From: a virus
Length of the DNA stretch: 64,000 nucleotides
Strand: one strand, 5' to 3'
Virus record (IMG/VR): IMGVR_UViG_3300050343_000215
Coordinates: 96,001 to 160,000 of that record
Both the position numbers and the translations under genes were made by a program. The notes below the pieces were generated by a model that saw only the letters and a list, made by a program, of their open reading frames with translations, had not been told where the DNA came from and searched no databases. Positions 7,025 to 17,080 of this stretch are shown one piece after another. Each line of letters opens with the position of its first letter. Within the stretch, counting starts at the first letter, position 1.

Positions 7025-8752
7025 TTAGTCTCCGTTAGTCAATTGTTCCATTTTACTAAAATTTTTCACTTTGTCAAATTTGAGAACACGGTCAAACTTC
7101 TCAACCATATGCTCTCGGTGCGAGATAATAAACAGATTAAGGTCGTTAGTAAAGTTCCTCAAGATATATGATAACTCATCAGTGCCGCTGCTGTCAAGTG
7201 AGCTGTCAAAGATCTCATCAAGGATGAGAAGGTTGGTGTCCACGCTGTTTTTGAGTTTGGCAACTGACCTCCATGTTAGCATAAGAGCGATGTCAATGCG
7301 AGACTTCTCACCCTCTGAGAACGATGCATAACTAAAGTCGTCTCTATAACGAGACTTGATAGTCTCCTCAAAACTCTCACTGAGTGTGAAGTTCACAAAG
7401 AAATCCATCTGCTGTAGGTATTGGTTGATGAGTTTGTTCATCACCGGCAGGTATCGTTTGATGATCCTGGTCTTGATACCAGTGTCCTTCAGCAGGTTAG
7501 CAGCAACATTAAAGTAATCTTTATTCTCCTTATGCAAGAACAAAACTTTCTCATATTCTTCTTTCTGATTTTTCAGTTCACTTAACTGCTCTTGCTCCTT
7601 ACTAGAATTGCTTTTGTTATCAGCAATGGATTTAATCTCTAACTCAAGATCTCTAATCTGACGATTGATATGATTAATGATTCCATTGTTCTTATCAATG
7701 GCAGAATAATTATCTCTGATATCATTAGAGATTTCTTTATACTGATTAATCTGAGTCTTTACATCACCAATTTGTTCGTCAAGAACGCCCCATGCTTTTT
7801 CTGTTTCAGAAATAGATTTCTTATTTTTATCTACCTTACTTTGCTTAAAGTCAGAGTCTAGTGTTTGCTTACATGTAGGACATGTATCATTGTTAGTATA
7901 AAATAAAAGTTCTTTATTTAAATTAGAAAGTTTTGTTTTAAACTTTATCTTAAACTCTTTTAAACTATCATACTTTTTAGATAATTTATCGCCGTCAAAT
8001 AAGTCACTCTTTCTAGTTTCAATATACTCTGTAATTTGATGATTTTGTGATAAGATCTCTTCGCTTTGAGAAAATAATTTACTTATCTTCTCTTGTTTAT
8101 GTTGTATAAAATTGTCGCTCTGTGTTTCAATCTGTTTAATTAAATCTTCATGAGATTCAATGCGATGCTTTACCAAGTCAAGATCTTTATCCGTGAAGCG
8201 AATAGCATCGTTTAATTGCTTCATGCGATCCTTAAGATTAGTATTCATTGTAGAGAATACCTGGATATCCAGGAGATCTTCAATGATATCGCGACGGGAT
8301 GCCAATGGCAACTGCATGAATGGAACAAATGTAGAAGATCCCAGAACAACAATCTGTGTAAATGACTTATAGTTTAGTTTGAGGATTGTTTGTTCTAGGA
8401 ACTTCTGTTGATCTGCTGCTGCAGCATCTTGGTTCAGCATTTCTCCATCAACATAAACCTCAAAGAGATTAGGTTTCATGCCACGGATAATTTTATAAGA
8501 TTTCTTAGCGATTGAAAACTCAACTTCAACACAACAATCTTTGCCATTGATAGTGTTTACAAGTTGAGGTTTATTGATCTTACGGAATGGTTTATTAAAC
8601 AATACAAAAGTAAGAGCATCTAACACTGTGCTTTTTCCAGCACCATTACTGCCAATAATTACATTGTTACCATGTGTATTGAGTTTTATTTCTGTGAAGT
8701 TATTGCCACTAGATAAGAAATTTTTATAACGAATAGTTTCAAAGATAATCAT
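7025..8752 (-). CDS. gp46: Recombination endonuclease ATPase subunit (Rad50/SbcC-like)
   Basis: GSNGAGKS Walker A, CPTC zinc hook, FSEGEK signature, LILDE Walker B. Confidence 0.97.
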   Translation of the reverse strand: MIIFETIRYKNFLSSGNNFTEIKLNTHGNNVIIGSNGAGKSTVLDALTFVLFNKPFRKINKPQLVNTINGKDCCVEVEFSIAKKSYKIIRGMKPNLFEVYVDGEMLNQDAAAADQQKFLEQTILKLNYKSFTQIVVLGSSTFVPFMQLPLASRRDIIEDLLDIQVFSTMNTNLKDRMKQLNDAIRFTDKDLDLVKHRIESHEDLIKQIETQSDNFIQHKQEKISKLFSQSEEILSQNHQITEYIETRKSDLFDGDKLSKKYDSLKEFKIKFKTKLSNLNKELLFYTNNDTCPTCKQTLDSDFKQSKVDKNKKSISETEKAWGVLDEQIGDVKTQINQYKEISNDIRDNYSAIDKNNGIINHINRQIRDLELEIKSIADNKSNSSKEQEQLSELKNQKEEYEKVLFLHKENKDYFNVAANLLKDTGIKTRIIKRYLPVMNKLINQYLQQMDFFVNFTLSESFEETIKSRYRDDFSYASFSEGEKSRIDIALMLTWRSVAKLKNSVDTNLLILDEIFDSSLDSSGTDELSYILRNFTNDLNLFIISHREHMVEKFDRVLKFDKVKNFSKMEQLTNGD

Positions 8753-9012
8753 AGATCATGTGATGGTGGAATTATTAGTTCATTGGGTTCTATTACAGTG
8801 TAATTATACCCGGTGCTTTCGCACATTTCAATCATTGACTCAGTGTCAACTTCAACAGTTGACATTATTGGAAAATCATCTGCCTCCAGAAGACCAGCAA
8901 AACGTTCAGCATCTTCTAATTCAGTGAAGAGCAAAAGAGTTCTTTCGTTCTTACTATTTGAAACAGCATATGCTCCTTCAGTTTCCTTACCTTCTAGACA
9001 CAGTATATACAT
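8749..9012 (-). CDS. Conserved cyanophage hypothetical protein
   Basis: 87-aa ORF coupled between gp47 and gp46; EGAYAV, F...DAERFA.LLEADD. Confidence 0.75.
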   Translation of the reverse strand: MYILCLEGKETEGAYAVSNSKNERTLLLFTELEDAERFAGLLEADDFPIMSTVEVDTESMIEMCESTGYNYTVIEPNELIIPPSHDL

Positions 9013-10058
9013 TATACCACCTCAAGTGCCTCAACGTACAGAGATTTCATAATCTCTTTTAACTTATGACTATCTAGGTTGGTATTAAGTTCATCAACAT
9101 ACTTCTCCAAAATAGTTAGAGTGTCTTCATGCTCAAGTTCTATGTCATCATCATCATCAACTTCTGTAGAAAAGTCTTCAATAATTTTAAGATCTAATGC
9201 AACATCTTGTAAAGAATTAATAAGATAATCAAACTCAGTATAATCTGTTTTATTTTCTACAACAACTTTTACTACAGTATCTTTATATTTTTCAACATCT
9301 ATATTATAATATTCATTTTTAGTGTCATCATAAAATATTTTATGAAACATTTCGTAAGGATTTTTAATATGCTGTAACTTTAGAGTTTCAGTATCAAAGA
9401 TATTAAATCCACGTTCATCAGCATAATCATTCCAATACATCTGATAGGGATTACCAATATATTGGAAGTTTCCTTTCTTACTTCTAGTATGATAATGACC
9501 CGACATCACCATCTTAAATTTAGAAAACTCGGAAACCTGCCTACCATGATTAGCAACGTAGGTAGGATTAGTTTTAAATCCTTCCATCTCCAGGTGTCCT
9601 AAGACAACCTCTGCCTCAGTTTCCCTCATAAGATTTACTGTTTGTTCTTCATTCTGATCGCAGATCCAAGGAAGATAAACCATCTTACGACCACCAACAG
9701 TAACCTCAGAAGGTCCAGTATAGACACGGAGATTATCATACTCCTGTAGAAGGCACTCCAAAGAATTAATCTCTAGAGTGTTCTTATAGAAAGCATCATG
9801 ATTACCGACCATCATATCAACAGTCACCCCCAGATCCTGCAAAGGATTGAAGATGTTTTTCCTAGACCAGTCAAGACTCCAGAAATCAATGTTGCGACGA
9901 ATATCAAACACATCACCCAGATGGATGACATGCTTAATTTTTTTCTTCTTTAATGTTGGGAAGAAAATATCATTATAGAATTTAAGAAAAAAATCATGAT
10001 AATCTTGATTACCTTTCTTAAATCCGTAGTGGGTATCAGTAATCAGGGCAACTTTCAT
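9012..10058 (-). CDS. gp47: Recombination endonuclease nuclease subunit (Mre11/SbcD-like)
   Basis: DTHYG, HLGD, GNHD and SGHYH phosphoesterase motifs. Confidence 0.97.
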   Translation of the reverse strand: MKVALITDTHYGFKKGNQDYHDFFLKFYNDIFFPTLKKKKIKHVIHLGDVFDIRRNIDFWSLDWSRKNIFNPLQDLGVTVDMMVGNHDAFYKNTLEINSLECLLQEYDNLRVYTGPSEVTVGGRKMVYLPWICDQNEEQTVNLMRETEAEVVLGHLEMEGFKTNPTYVANHGRQVSEFSKFKMVMSGHYHTRSKKGNFQYIGNPYQMYWNDYADERGFNIFDTETLKLQHIKNPYEMFHKIFYDDTKNEYYNIDVEKYKDTVVKVVVENKTDYTEFDYLINSLQDVALDLKIIEDFSTEVDDDDDIELEHEDTLTILEKYVDELNTNLDSHKLKEIMKSLYVEALEVV

Positions 10059-10531
10059 TTTCTAGTTTTTTGCTCAATGTTTTGTTTGATACTATTATAA
10101 TCAGAAGCGGAAAAGTTTAGTTCATTCTTATCAGCATAGAGGACTTCATCGTATCCAGAACGCTCAAGAATTTTGCTTTTAATTTCTAGTTGCTTCTTTT
10201 CTTTTTGAATTCTTCTCAAGAATGCATAGTAAATAATTTGAGTAAAGTATGCAAAAGGATTGCCACGATTGGGATCAAAGTTATCAATGTACTGAACACA
10301 GTTCTCAATACCATCACTAATCATGTCCTCACGGAAAGGATAGTTGATGAAGTTAGGACGGTAAGACAGATGCTGTGCGATCTTCAAGAAGCACTCACCG
10401 ATATAATTTGGTATCCTAGGGCGAGTGGTCTCTTCTGTCAAGGCTTTTTTTACAAAGTATTTGTAATCAGAGAGTGCCCTCAAGAACTCTTTATTATCTA
10501 CATAATGTTCTGGTTTCTTTTTGGATCTCAT
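10055..10531 (-). CDS. gp55: Late-transcription sigma factor
   Basis: HYVDNKEF, LSYRPNFINY, DGIENC, NPFAYFTQI motifs. Confidence 0.96.
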   Translation of the reverse strand: MRSKKKPEHYVDNKEFLRALSDYKYFVKKALTEETTRPRIPNYIGECFLKIAQHLSYRPNFINYPFREDMISDGIENCVQYIDNFDPNRGNPFAYFTQIIYYAFLRRIQKEKKQLEIKSKILERSGYDEVLYADKNELNFSASDYNSIKQNIEQKTRK

Positions 10532-10564
10532 TTTGGTTCATCTTCCATAAGTTATTGTACCAAC

Positions 10565-10593
10565 ATTATAACATATGTAAGAGGGCTTGACAA
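10565..10593 (-). promoter_or_regulatory. Sigma70-like promoter for gp55
   Basis: TTGTCA(10593-10588)-17 nt-TATAAT(10570-10565) with TG extension. Confidence 0.8.
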
Positions 10594-10615
10594 GATTGGA
10601 TTTGATCTGTAGAAT
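10587..10615 (+). promoter_or_regulatory. Sigma70-like antisense promoter
   Basis: TTGACA(10587-10592)-17 nt-TAGAAT(10610-10615), with no plus-strand gene downstream. Confidence 0.65.
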
Positions 10616-10652
10616 AACTCTGTAAGGGTTCAAAGGAAGTAATAGCTTTAAG

Positions 10653-11060
10653 TTAATAAGTATCAAATAAATTCTCAAAAAATATTCTAGCATCTTCTAC
10701 AGATGCTCTGTATCCTTTGTATTTTTTTCTATTTAATTTTTTAGCAATTTGTTCCTTAGCTTTTTCGTTTATTTGAACAACTGCTTTTTTATAATGACTT
10801 AATCCTGGTTCTAGTAATTCATTAACTGTTATTATTTTAGTATCAGTTATAAAGAAGATATTGTCTGTTGATGATTTAATCCATTTAGATAATCTTAATC
10901 CTGTTATTTTAATATTGTCTCCTAACAAATCGTGTAGATCACTCATGTCCTCTAATATTAATGGGTTCTTAATTAATAAACCTTCTTCATGGACTTCAAC
11001 TAAACCAACAATTTCTTCTCCAGTCATTAATTTTATTGTGCCGAAGAATTTATCGTTCAT
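10653..11060 (-). CDS. Conserved hypothetical protein, Sm/LSm-like fold predicted
   Basis: IKLMTGEEIVGLV...LLIKNPL motif; coupled to uvsW. Confidence 0.7.
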   Translation of the reverse strand: MNDKFFGTIKLMTGEEIVGLVEVHEEGLLIKNPLILEDMSDLHDLLGDNIKITGLRLSKWIKSSTDNIFFITDTKIITVNELLEPGLSHYKKAVVQINEKAKEQIAKKLNRKKYKGYRASVEDARIFFENLFDTY

Positions 11061-12529
11061 CTTTTAATATTTACTGGGATAATTTCATAATTAAATTGCT
11101 CTTCATTGTAAATTTTAATTCTTTCTTTGAGGTGATTGAGAGTATAGTTATTGTAACTACCTTTAGAAAAATCATCAGCAATGTCATAAAGCACTGCCTG
11201 AGCTTTGTTGTCTCCTTTGCGAAGGACTCTACCAATAGATTGTAGATTCCTAATTCTTGATTTGCTAGGTGAAGCAAAAACAATATTATGTAGATTTTTA
11301 ATGTTGATACCAGTAGAGAAGGTTCCGTAGGAAGCAATGATAACGCAGTTATCATTTACCTCTGCTAACTGTCTGATGTTCTCACGTTCAGATGCTTCCA
11401 CACCACCATGAACAAAGAAAACTTTCTTGGTATCTCCGATACTATTATTTATCATATCAAAAAGTGGTTCACCATGCTTCTCCACATAATTGAATAGAAC
11501 TAATGTGTTACCACTTAGGTCACCCACAAGATTTTTAATAAACACATTACGTTTATCATGTGTTACAATGTATTCCATTTCATCTTGGTATGTTTCAAAC
11601 TTATATGATTCGTGCCTCAGAGCAAGGATTTTAATCTTTAGTTGTGAGAGTTGATCTCGCTTCATAAGATCAGCAGTACTAGTAACCCGATCAGATAATC
11701 CGAACAGACCTTCCAAAACCAGACGGTGAGTTTTTGTTCCGTCCAGTGTGCCTGTGAATCCGATACGATATTTTGCTTCATGGAGTTTTGTCATAATACT
11801 TGTTAAAGACTTTGCCTTAAACGTATGGCACTCGTCTCCGATTACAGCAGTATATGAATCAAAATACTTTTTAGGTAGTTTGTAGATAGACTGCCATGTT
11901 GTGATAACTACAGGTGCAGTTGACATTTTTGCTTCACCAGCATATACTTGGTGGCAATAATCTTCTGCATTCCAACCATAGTTTTCAAAATCTTTATACA
12001 ACTGTGTTACAAGTGAAATACTCGGAACAATAATTAATGTCTTAAGATTAGCAGCAGTAAAATATCTAACCAAAGAATATATCATAAAAGATTTGCCCGA
12101 CCCTGTAGGAGAAACAATGATCTTCCTATACATTTTTAATGCTTTGAATACAGCATTATATTGATAGTCTCTGGGTTTAATCTCTGTACCTTCAGTAAGG
12201 TAATCCAAATATTCTTTTACAGTCTCTGGCAAAATATACGGATCTCGTTCAATAACCTTACCGTAATATTCATTATCTTGATAAGAATAAGTATAGTCTC
12301 TTTCCTCTGCCCACTCTATCAAATAATGTAATAACCCAATATAAAGTTGACCATTACCAGGAGAGAACAATCTAATTTTACCGTCCCAATATTTTTTCTT
12401 ATACTGAGGCATGAACTTTGCATCAGGTACTTCAAATGTAAAGTACTCTGATAACTCCATACTTATGTGTGCTTCACATTCAAGTTCTAAGTATACTTCG
12501 TTTCTTTTCCTGATAACAATGTCAGACAT
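11057..12529 (-). CDS. uvsW: UvsW SF2 DNA helicase
   Basis: PTGSGKS, DECH, TGT and QSIGRVLR motifs. Confidence 0.97.
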   Translation of the reverse strand: MSDIVIRKRNEVYLELECEAHISMELSEYFTFEVPDAKFMPQYKKKYWDGKIRLFSPGNGQLYIGLLHYLIEWAEERDYTYSYQDNEYYGKVIERDPYILPETVKEYLDYLTEGTEIKPRDYQYNAVFKALKMYRKIIVSPTGSGKSFMIYSLVRYFTAANLKTLIIVPSISLVTQLYKDFENYGWNAEDYCHQVYAGEAKMSTAPVVITTWQSIYKLPKKYFDSYTAVIGDECHTFKAKSLTSIMTKLHEAKYRIGFTGTLDGTKTHRLVLEGLFGLSDRVTSTADLMKRDQLSQLKIKILALRHESYKFETYQDEMEYIVTHDKRNVFIKNLVGDLSGNTLVLFNYVEKHGEPLFDMINNSIGDTKKVFFVHGGVEASERENIRQLAEVNDNCVIIASYGTFSTGINIKNLHNIVFASPSKSRIRNLQSIGRVLRKGDNKAQAVLYDIADDFSKGSYNNYTLNHLKERIKIYNEEQFNYEIIPVNIKR

Positions 12530-12957
12530 TACCTAATTCCTTCAATAAATGATTTCCACTCAATAGCATTTTTTATTTGGAATGACCGATTATTAATCAT
12601 CCTGATTACACTCTCAAGGTATTCAATGATGATGTCATACATATCAATCTTCATCTGTAAGTCTTTGACTTGAGAATCTGATTCAATATACATTGGTAGA
12701 TCTGACTTGAGTACTTTCAGATCAAACGGTTCTTCTTTGTAATCTTCCTCGGATCCTCGTCCCGCATAGTATTCAAACTTGCGTCTGTTAAGTTGTTTGA
12801 GGTCCAGTACTGCTAATTTCTTTTTGAATTTGTAGTCTGAAAAAAAATTTAAATATTTTGAATGTAGTGTGGGAATATTAAGTGCAGCGGTATCAAGTTC
12901 AACAGGATCAATTTTTGAATCCTGTTCCCACATCGCCTGAATTTCTTCAAAGGTCAT
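12529..12957 (-). CDS. uvsY: UvsY recombination mediator
   Basis: W..DSKID, LHSKYL, INNRSFQIKNAIEW..F. Confidence 0.93.
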   Translation of the reverse strand: MTFEEIQAMWEQDSKIDPVELDTAALNIPTLHSKYLNFFSDYKFKKKLAVLDLKQLNRRKFEYYAGRGSEEDYKEEPFDLKVLKSDLPMYIESDSQVKDLQMKIDMYDIIIEYLESVIRMINNRSFQIKNAIEWKSFIEGIR

Positions 12958-13472
12958 TAACTAATCACATTTCCATCATACTTAATTCTATATATGGTAT
13001 ATTTAAAGGTGACATTTGCAGTCAGGTACTGAACTCCTTGCTCAGTTGCATCAAATGCTACAGATGTTAATGCAGTAGGCCATGCATTCTCAAACTCAAT
13101 TTGAATATTTGAATTAAAGTTACTATTTAAAATTTCTAAAGAAATATTTCCTTCTATTGGATCTTTGTCAGTATCAAATTTTTCTGCAAGACCAGTCTTT
13201 GCAATCCATTTATGTATTGATACATAATTTGTCATGTCCTCATCAATCAAAAACTTGACACTAAGGTCTTCATACTCTGTCTCAGTTCCAGCGATAGGAA
13301 TGTCCCTAAATGGTGTGGTGACATTAATCTCAGGAATTCTTATGCCAGGGATGTTTGCTGACTGACATAAGAATGCTACCTTAGGAAATTTTTCAATTGA
13401 TAATTTGAAACCTTGTGGCGCTAGGTAGTTAAGATTATCAATCTTATCTTCTAACCAATTTGCCTGGGTCAT
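12957..13472 (-). CDS. gp3: Tail tube terminator / tail completion protein
   Basis: NYLAPQGFK, YEDLSVKFLIDEDMTNY, F..AWPT.L, F.YT.Y. Likely start MTQANW at 13472; the track begins at 13490. Confidence 0.88.
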   Translation of the reverse strand: MTQANWLEDKIDNLNYLAPQGFKLSIEKFPKVAFLCQSANIPGIRIPEINVTTPFRDIPIAGTETEYEDLSVKFLIDEDMTNYVSIHKWIAKTGLAEKFDTDKDPIEGNISLEILNSNFNSNIQIEFENAWPTALTSVAFDATEQGVQYLTANVTFKYTIYRIKYDGNVIS

Positions 13473-13500
13473 CGTTAAAAATACTTTCAAATATTTAGAT

Positions 13501-13523
13501 AAAAAAAGACCCCTTTCGGGGTC
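13501..13523 (-). terminator. Intrinsic terminator
   Basis: GACCCC-GAAA-GGGGTC followed by T7 on the minus strand; a CTAAATA late-promoter variant follows at 13492-13498. Confidence 0.85.
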
Positions 13524-13528
13524 GGTAA

Positions 13529-13702
13529 TTAAATAAGAATTCGTTTACATATTCGTTTACATTTATGTTGATCTAAAGAATCACATTCTACTAAACATTC
13601 GTAGTAGTCATTTAATTTTTCGTTTTCTAAACGTAATCCATCCACAGTATCATCAAAATGTCGCCACTCATTTAACTGAGATCGGGATAAAAGATTGTGC
13701 AT
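13529..13702 (-). CDS. 57-aa protein with two CxxxC motifs, MHNLLSRSQLNEWRHF...DYYECLVECDSLDQHKCKRICKRILI
   Basis: Not in the ORF track. SD AGAGGTG upstream and a terminator immediately downstream. Confidence 0.75.
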   Translation of the reverse strand: MHNLLSRSQLNEWRHFDDTVDGLRLENEKLNDYYECLVECDSLDQHKCKRICKRILI

Positions 13703-13840
13703 TGAGTCACCTCTAACATTTAACTCATAACCAAAAAGTAGGGGTCATGTGTACCTAACAATTCTACTACTATGTATATAAAAATGTTCATTTCAGCACA
13801 ATTAAGAAATAAAAATTTATGCCTACGAGTATATACCCAT

Positions 13841-13864
13841 AAAAAAAGACCCCTTAGAGGGGTC
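13841..13864 (-). terminator. Intrinsic terminator after gp23
   Basis: GACCCCT-CT-AAGGGGTC hairpin followed by T7 on the minus strand. Confidence 0.85.
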
Positions 13865-13888
13865 TGTGTGGACCTGTGAGAGGTTATA

Positions 13889-15241
13889 TCACATGAGGTT
13901 AGTAACACGAACACGTCTGTAGTAGACGTTGGTGTTGACGTTACCACCAGCAACAGGATCGGAATCCGAAAGGGCGGTCGCGCCTTTAGCGAATGGATTA
14001 AGAACCATGCCGTAGCGTGTCTTAAATCCGATTTTGGGCTGGAAGGTGTCAGGACCAATTGCACGAACCATCTGGAGAGGAACGTATGGGCAATAGAACA
14101 GACCAGCATCATAAGGGGAAGTACCCTTATAACCAGCGATGAAGAACTGAGCAGCATTGTTGCCCTCAGTAGGCAGTGCCGAATAAGGATCAATGTAAAC
14201 GCGGATGCGTCCGTTCAGCGTACCAACAAAGGTGCTGCCGGTGTCATCAACATTAAGACCAGTATTCAGAGCAGGGTTGTAATCAAGGACGCCTGCCATG
14301 GACAGAGCAGAAGCAACGTCTGAAGAACAGACGAGCATGTTGCCCTTCCCTCTACGAGTCTCTTTCGCGATGGCGTTCATTTCACGCTCAATTTGGAAGA
14401 GGAGACCCTTGAACTTCTCAACGCTCCAACGTCCGTTGGAATCAACGTCCATGTCAAACGTGCCTTGAGTAGCAACGTTCTGCTGAGCACCAGCTTTAGC
14501 GGAACGGAATACGGTACGGACGACTTCTCTGTTGATTTCGGTAAGGATTTCAGCAGAAAGGATGTTGGCGAGTTCAGTCTCGGCATCCAGACCATGAATT
14601 GCTTTCAGGTCTTGTGCGAGTTCAATGCTGTACTCAGCTTTCAGAGCGCGTGACTTAGCAGTAACGGCGATCTTCTCAATGCTGAATGCCATCTCGGGGA
14701 ATACGCTAGCAGCGGCTTCGCCAAGTGCTTCGGCAGTGGTTGTTGCCATAGCGCCTGCAGAACCATAGGTGCCGCTGTCATTCAAGACACCGGGGTTTGA
14801 ACCTGTAGGAGCAGTACCACCAGCAGAGTTAGTGGAGTTATAACCAGTACCAGAGAAGGCAGAGTTAACTTCGTTGTAGAATGTCTCATCACCAGTCTGA
14901 CTTTCAACGCGGGAACGCATTGCAAAGATCAGTCCAGTAGGACCATTCATTGGTTGAACGCCACAAATATCATAGGCGATCAGGTTAGGCATTGAGCGAC
15001 GGATCAGTGAGATCAGTACGGGGTCAAAACCTGCGACGTTACCAGCGCCAGTTGTGGCGGAATTAATAGGACCAGCGTTTGTAGGCGCTTCGGTCAGCAT
15101 TCTCTCCTCACGGAGGAATTTTTCTTGGTTTTCCAGAAGTTGAGTGGTGACAGCCTTCTTGTAAGTATCCTTGATCTCGGGAAGATCAGAATGAGACAGA
15201 ACTGGTGCCCACTTCTCCTGGAGTTGTTCGGTATTGAACAT
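13889..15241 (-). CDS. gp23: Major capsid protein
   Basis: LQEKWAPVL, FDPVLISLIRRSMP, GVQPMNGPTGLIFAMR, FQPKIGFKTRYG. Confidence 0.99.
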   Translation of the reverse strand: MFNTEQLQEKWAPVLSHSDLPEIKDTYKKAVTTQLLENQEKFLREERMLTEAPTNAGPINSATTGAGNVAGFDPVLISLIRRSMPNLIAYDICGVQPMNGPTGLIFAMRSRVESQTGDETFYNEVNSAFSGTGYNSTNSAGGTAPTGSNPGVLNDSGTYGSAGAMATTTAEALGEAAASVFPEMAFSIEKIAVTAKSRALKAEYSIELAQDLKAIHGLDAETELANILSAEILTEINREVVRTVFRSAKAGAQQNVATQGTFDMDVDSNGRWSVEKFKGLLFQIEREMNAIAKETRRGKGNMLVCSSDVASALSMAGVLDYNPALNTGLNVDDTGSTFVGTLNGRIRVYIDPYSALPTEGNNAAQFFIAGYKGTSPYDAGLFYCPYVPLQMVRAIGPDTFQPKIGFKTRYGMVLNPFAKGATALSDSDPVAGGNVNTNVYYRRVRVTNLM

Positions 15242-15283
15242 TAGGTTCTCCTTAGAAAATTAATTTGTTAGTGAACTATGATT

Positions 15284-15291
15284 TATTTATA
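15284..15291 (-). promoter_or_regulatory. T4-type late promoter for gp23
   Basis: Perfect TATAAATA 43 nt upstream of the ATG. ATAAATA or CTAAATA boxes also precede gp22 (16424), the 17322 ORF (17344), gp20 (19008), gp19 (19640) and gp18 (21630). Confidence 0.85.
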
Positions 15292-15298
15292 ATTTAAA

Positions 15299-16384
15299 TC
15301 ACTTATTGTAGCGTGCGATGGCAGAAACATAACGCTCCATGCCAGCAGGAACATCCTTTTCAGCAACGGGATCCGAAGCTTCTACGCTCTCATTGATTGA
15401 AGTTTTGGGGAAATAATTTTCCTTAATAGTTTCAACTTTCTCTCTAAATGACTCTTCAGTACTAAACTCTACACCCTCAGCAAGTGAGGAAAGTTTTTCT
15501 TTTTGAGTATCAGCGAGTCCCTGAGATACTTCGCCAACGATAGATTCTTTGACGAACTCTCCCAAAGAAGAATTTAATTCAATATTTTTGTCAATTTGTT
15601 CGTTGAGTTTTGTCTCCATCTCATCTAATTTGTTTGTCATACCCTCAACCATATCAAATTTCTCTTCAGGGATATCCATGTAATGTTCAGTGAACACACC
15701 CTTCAGAGCAGTCATAAACGATTCTGCAATCTCAGTACGAATACCTTCGTTGATTGCGAGTTTGTTATCATTAATCCATTGTTCTACAATATAGTTCAAG
15801 AATGAGTCAACCTTAGATGACATTTCTTCCTTGATCACGTCAAGTTGCTCATTTAACTGAGCAGCATAGTTTTCTTCTAAACGTGTTGTTTCTTCATCAA
15901 TTCTAGAAGAAACAGCAGCGGTGAAGATTGTTGTTGCCTTTTCTTTAAACTCTTCAGAAAGTTCCTCGCCATTGACGAGTGCGTTGATGTCATCAGTAAC
16001 ATCAATTTCTTCTTTCTTCACAGTAGGCATTGCGTCCCCGCCACCACGACTGACACTCTTGCCAGACATATCCTTACCACCTTCTAATTTAGGCATAGGA
16101 TCTTGCTTGCCTTCACCCGAGTTAACTGCGGTCTTAGACTTCTTAACAGCGGCAGCAGCTTTAGCGCCAGAGTTTTCAAACTTGCCTGAGTGACCTTCCG
16201 AAGAACCGGCAGCCATTGGTTCTACATTAGCAACTGCAACTTCAGCACCTGATGCACTAGGAAGATGTGAACCTTCTGCTGGAGCTGCACCTGCTGTTAC
16301 AGCATTGTTCATTTCTGTAACAGTTTCCGCATCAATTTCTTTAGATACGAAATCTTCAAATTTCTCGTTTAACGAATTAGCCAT
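15299..16384 (-). CDS. gp22: Prohead core scaffolding protein
   Basis: LSEEFKEKATTIFTAAV, GIRTEIAESFM..LK.VF.EHY; synteny. Confidence 0.93.
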   Translation of the reverse strand: MANSLNEKFEDFVSKEIDAETVTEMNNAVTAGAAPAEGSHLPSASGAEVAVANVEPMAAGSSEGHSGKFENSGAKAAAAVKKSKTAVNSGEGKQDPMPKLEGGKDMSGKSVSRGGGDAMPTVKKEEIDVTDDINALVNGEELSEEFKEKATTIFTAAVSSRIDEETTRLEENYAAQLNEQLDVIKEEMSSKVDSFLNYIVEQWINDNKLAINEGIRTEIAESFMTALKGVFTEHYMDIPEEKFDMVEGMTNKLDEMETKLNEQIDKNIELNSSLGEFVKESIVGEVSQGLADTQKEKLSSLAEGVEFSTEESFREKVETIKENYFPKTSINESVEASDPVAEKDVPAGMERYVSAIARYNK

Positions 16385-16435
16385 TTAAAATAACCCCTAA
16401 AGGACCTTGGTTTTTCTATTACTTATTTATTAAAA

Positions 16436-17080
16436 TTATAAGTTAAAGAGCAGTTTCTCAAAGCTCTCAAGGATTTTACCCTCAAGTTCTCCGCGTGAAA
16501 CCCTCTCTAAATTTTCTCTTACTTGCTGAAGTTCTGCTTCTTTAAACATTCCATTGTTCCAAACCCATTCTTTTCCTTCCATGATTCCATTGACAAAGGC
16601 ATCAGGAGCAGAAGGATCTGCTACAATATCTGCAGCAGTAGTAAGCATAAAATCATCTCTGACATAATTAGAACCACCTTTGGATTCTAAACTGCCCACA
16701 CCTCTAGATGAAACACCTAGTTGAACACCTTCCCTAAGAAGATTTTTAGCTATTGATCCCATTGGAGTCTCAAGCAATTTTGCCTTACCAATATAGTTTG
16801 CACCATCCTGGTAAAGTTCTACAATCTTATGTGATACACGATCAAGGTTGATGGTAGGACCATCAGGATGACCTAGTTCACCAAGAGCACGAGACTTTTG
16901 TACAAAATTTTCATTGTAGTTAGTCACTTCGCGCTGAAGAACAGGCATGGGATATACACGACCATTGCGATTTTTGATATCGCCCTGGAGAAATACTCCC
17001 TGGATATATGTATACTCTTTTCCATCTTTCTCTTCAGTGAGAAGTTTAATATCTTCGCTGTGCTCTACGATAAGTTTCAT
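16436..17080 (-). CDS. gp21: Prohead protease
   Basis: NRNGRVYP, GELGHP, GVSSRG.GS, DIVADPSAPDAFV. Confidence 0.97.
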   Translation of the reverse strand: MKLIVEHSEDIKLLTEEKDGKEYTYIQGVFLQGDIKNRNGRVYPMPVLQREVTNYNENFVQKSRALGELGHPDGPTINLDRVSHKIVELYQDGANYIGKAKLLETPMGSIAKNLLREGVQLGVSSRGVGSLESKGGSNYVRDDFMLTTAADIVADPSAPDAFVNGIMEGKEWVWNNGMFKEAELQQVRENLERVSRGELEGKILESFEKLLFNL

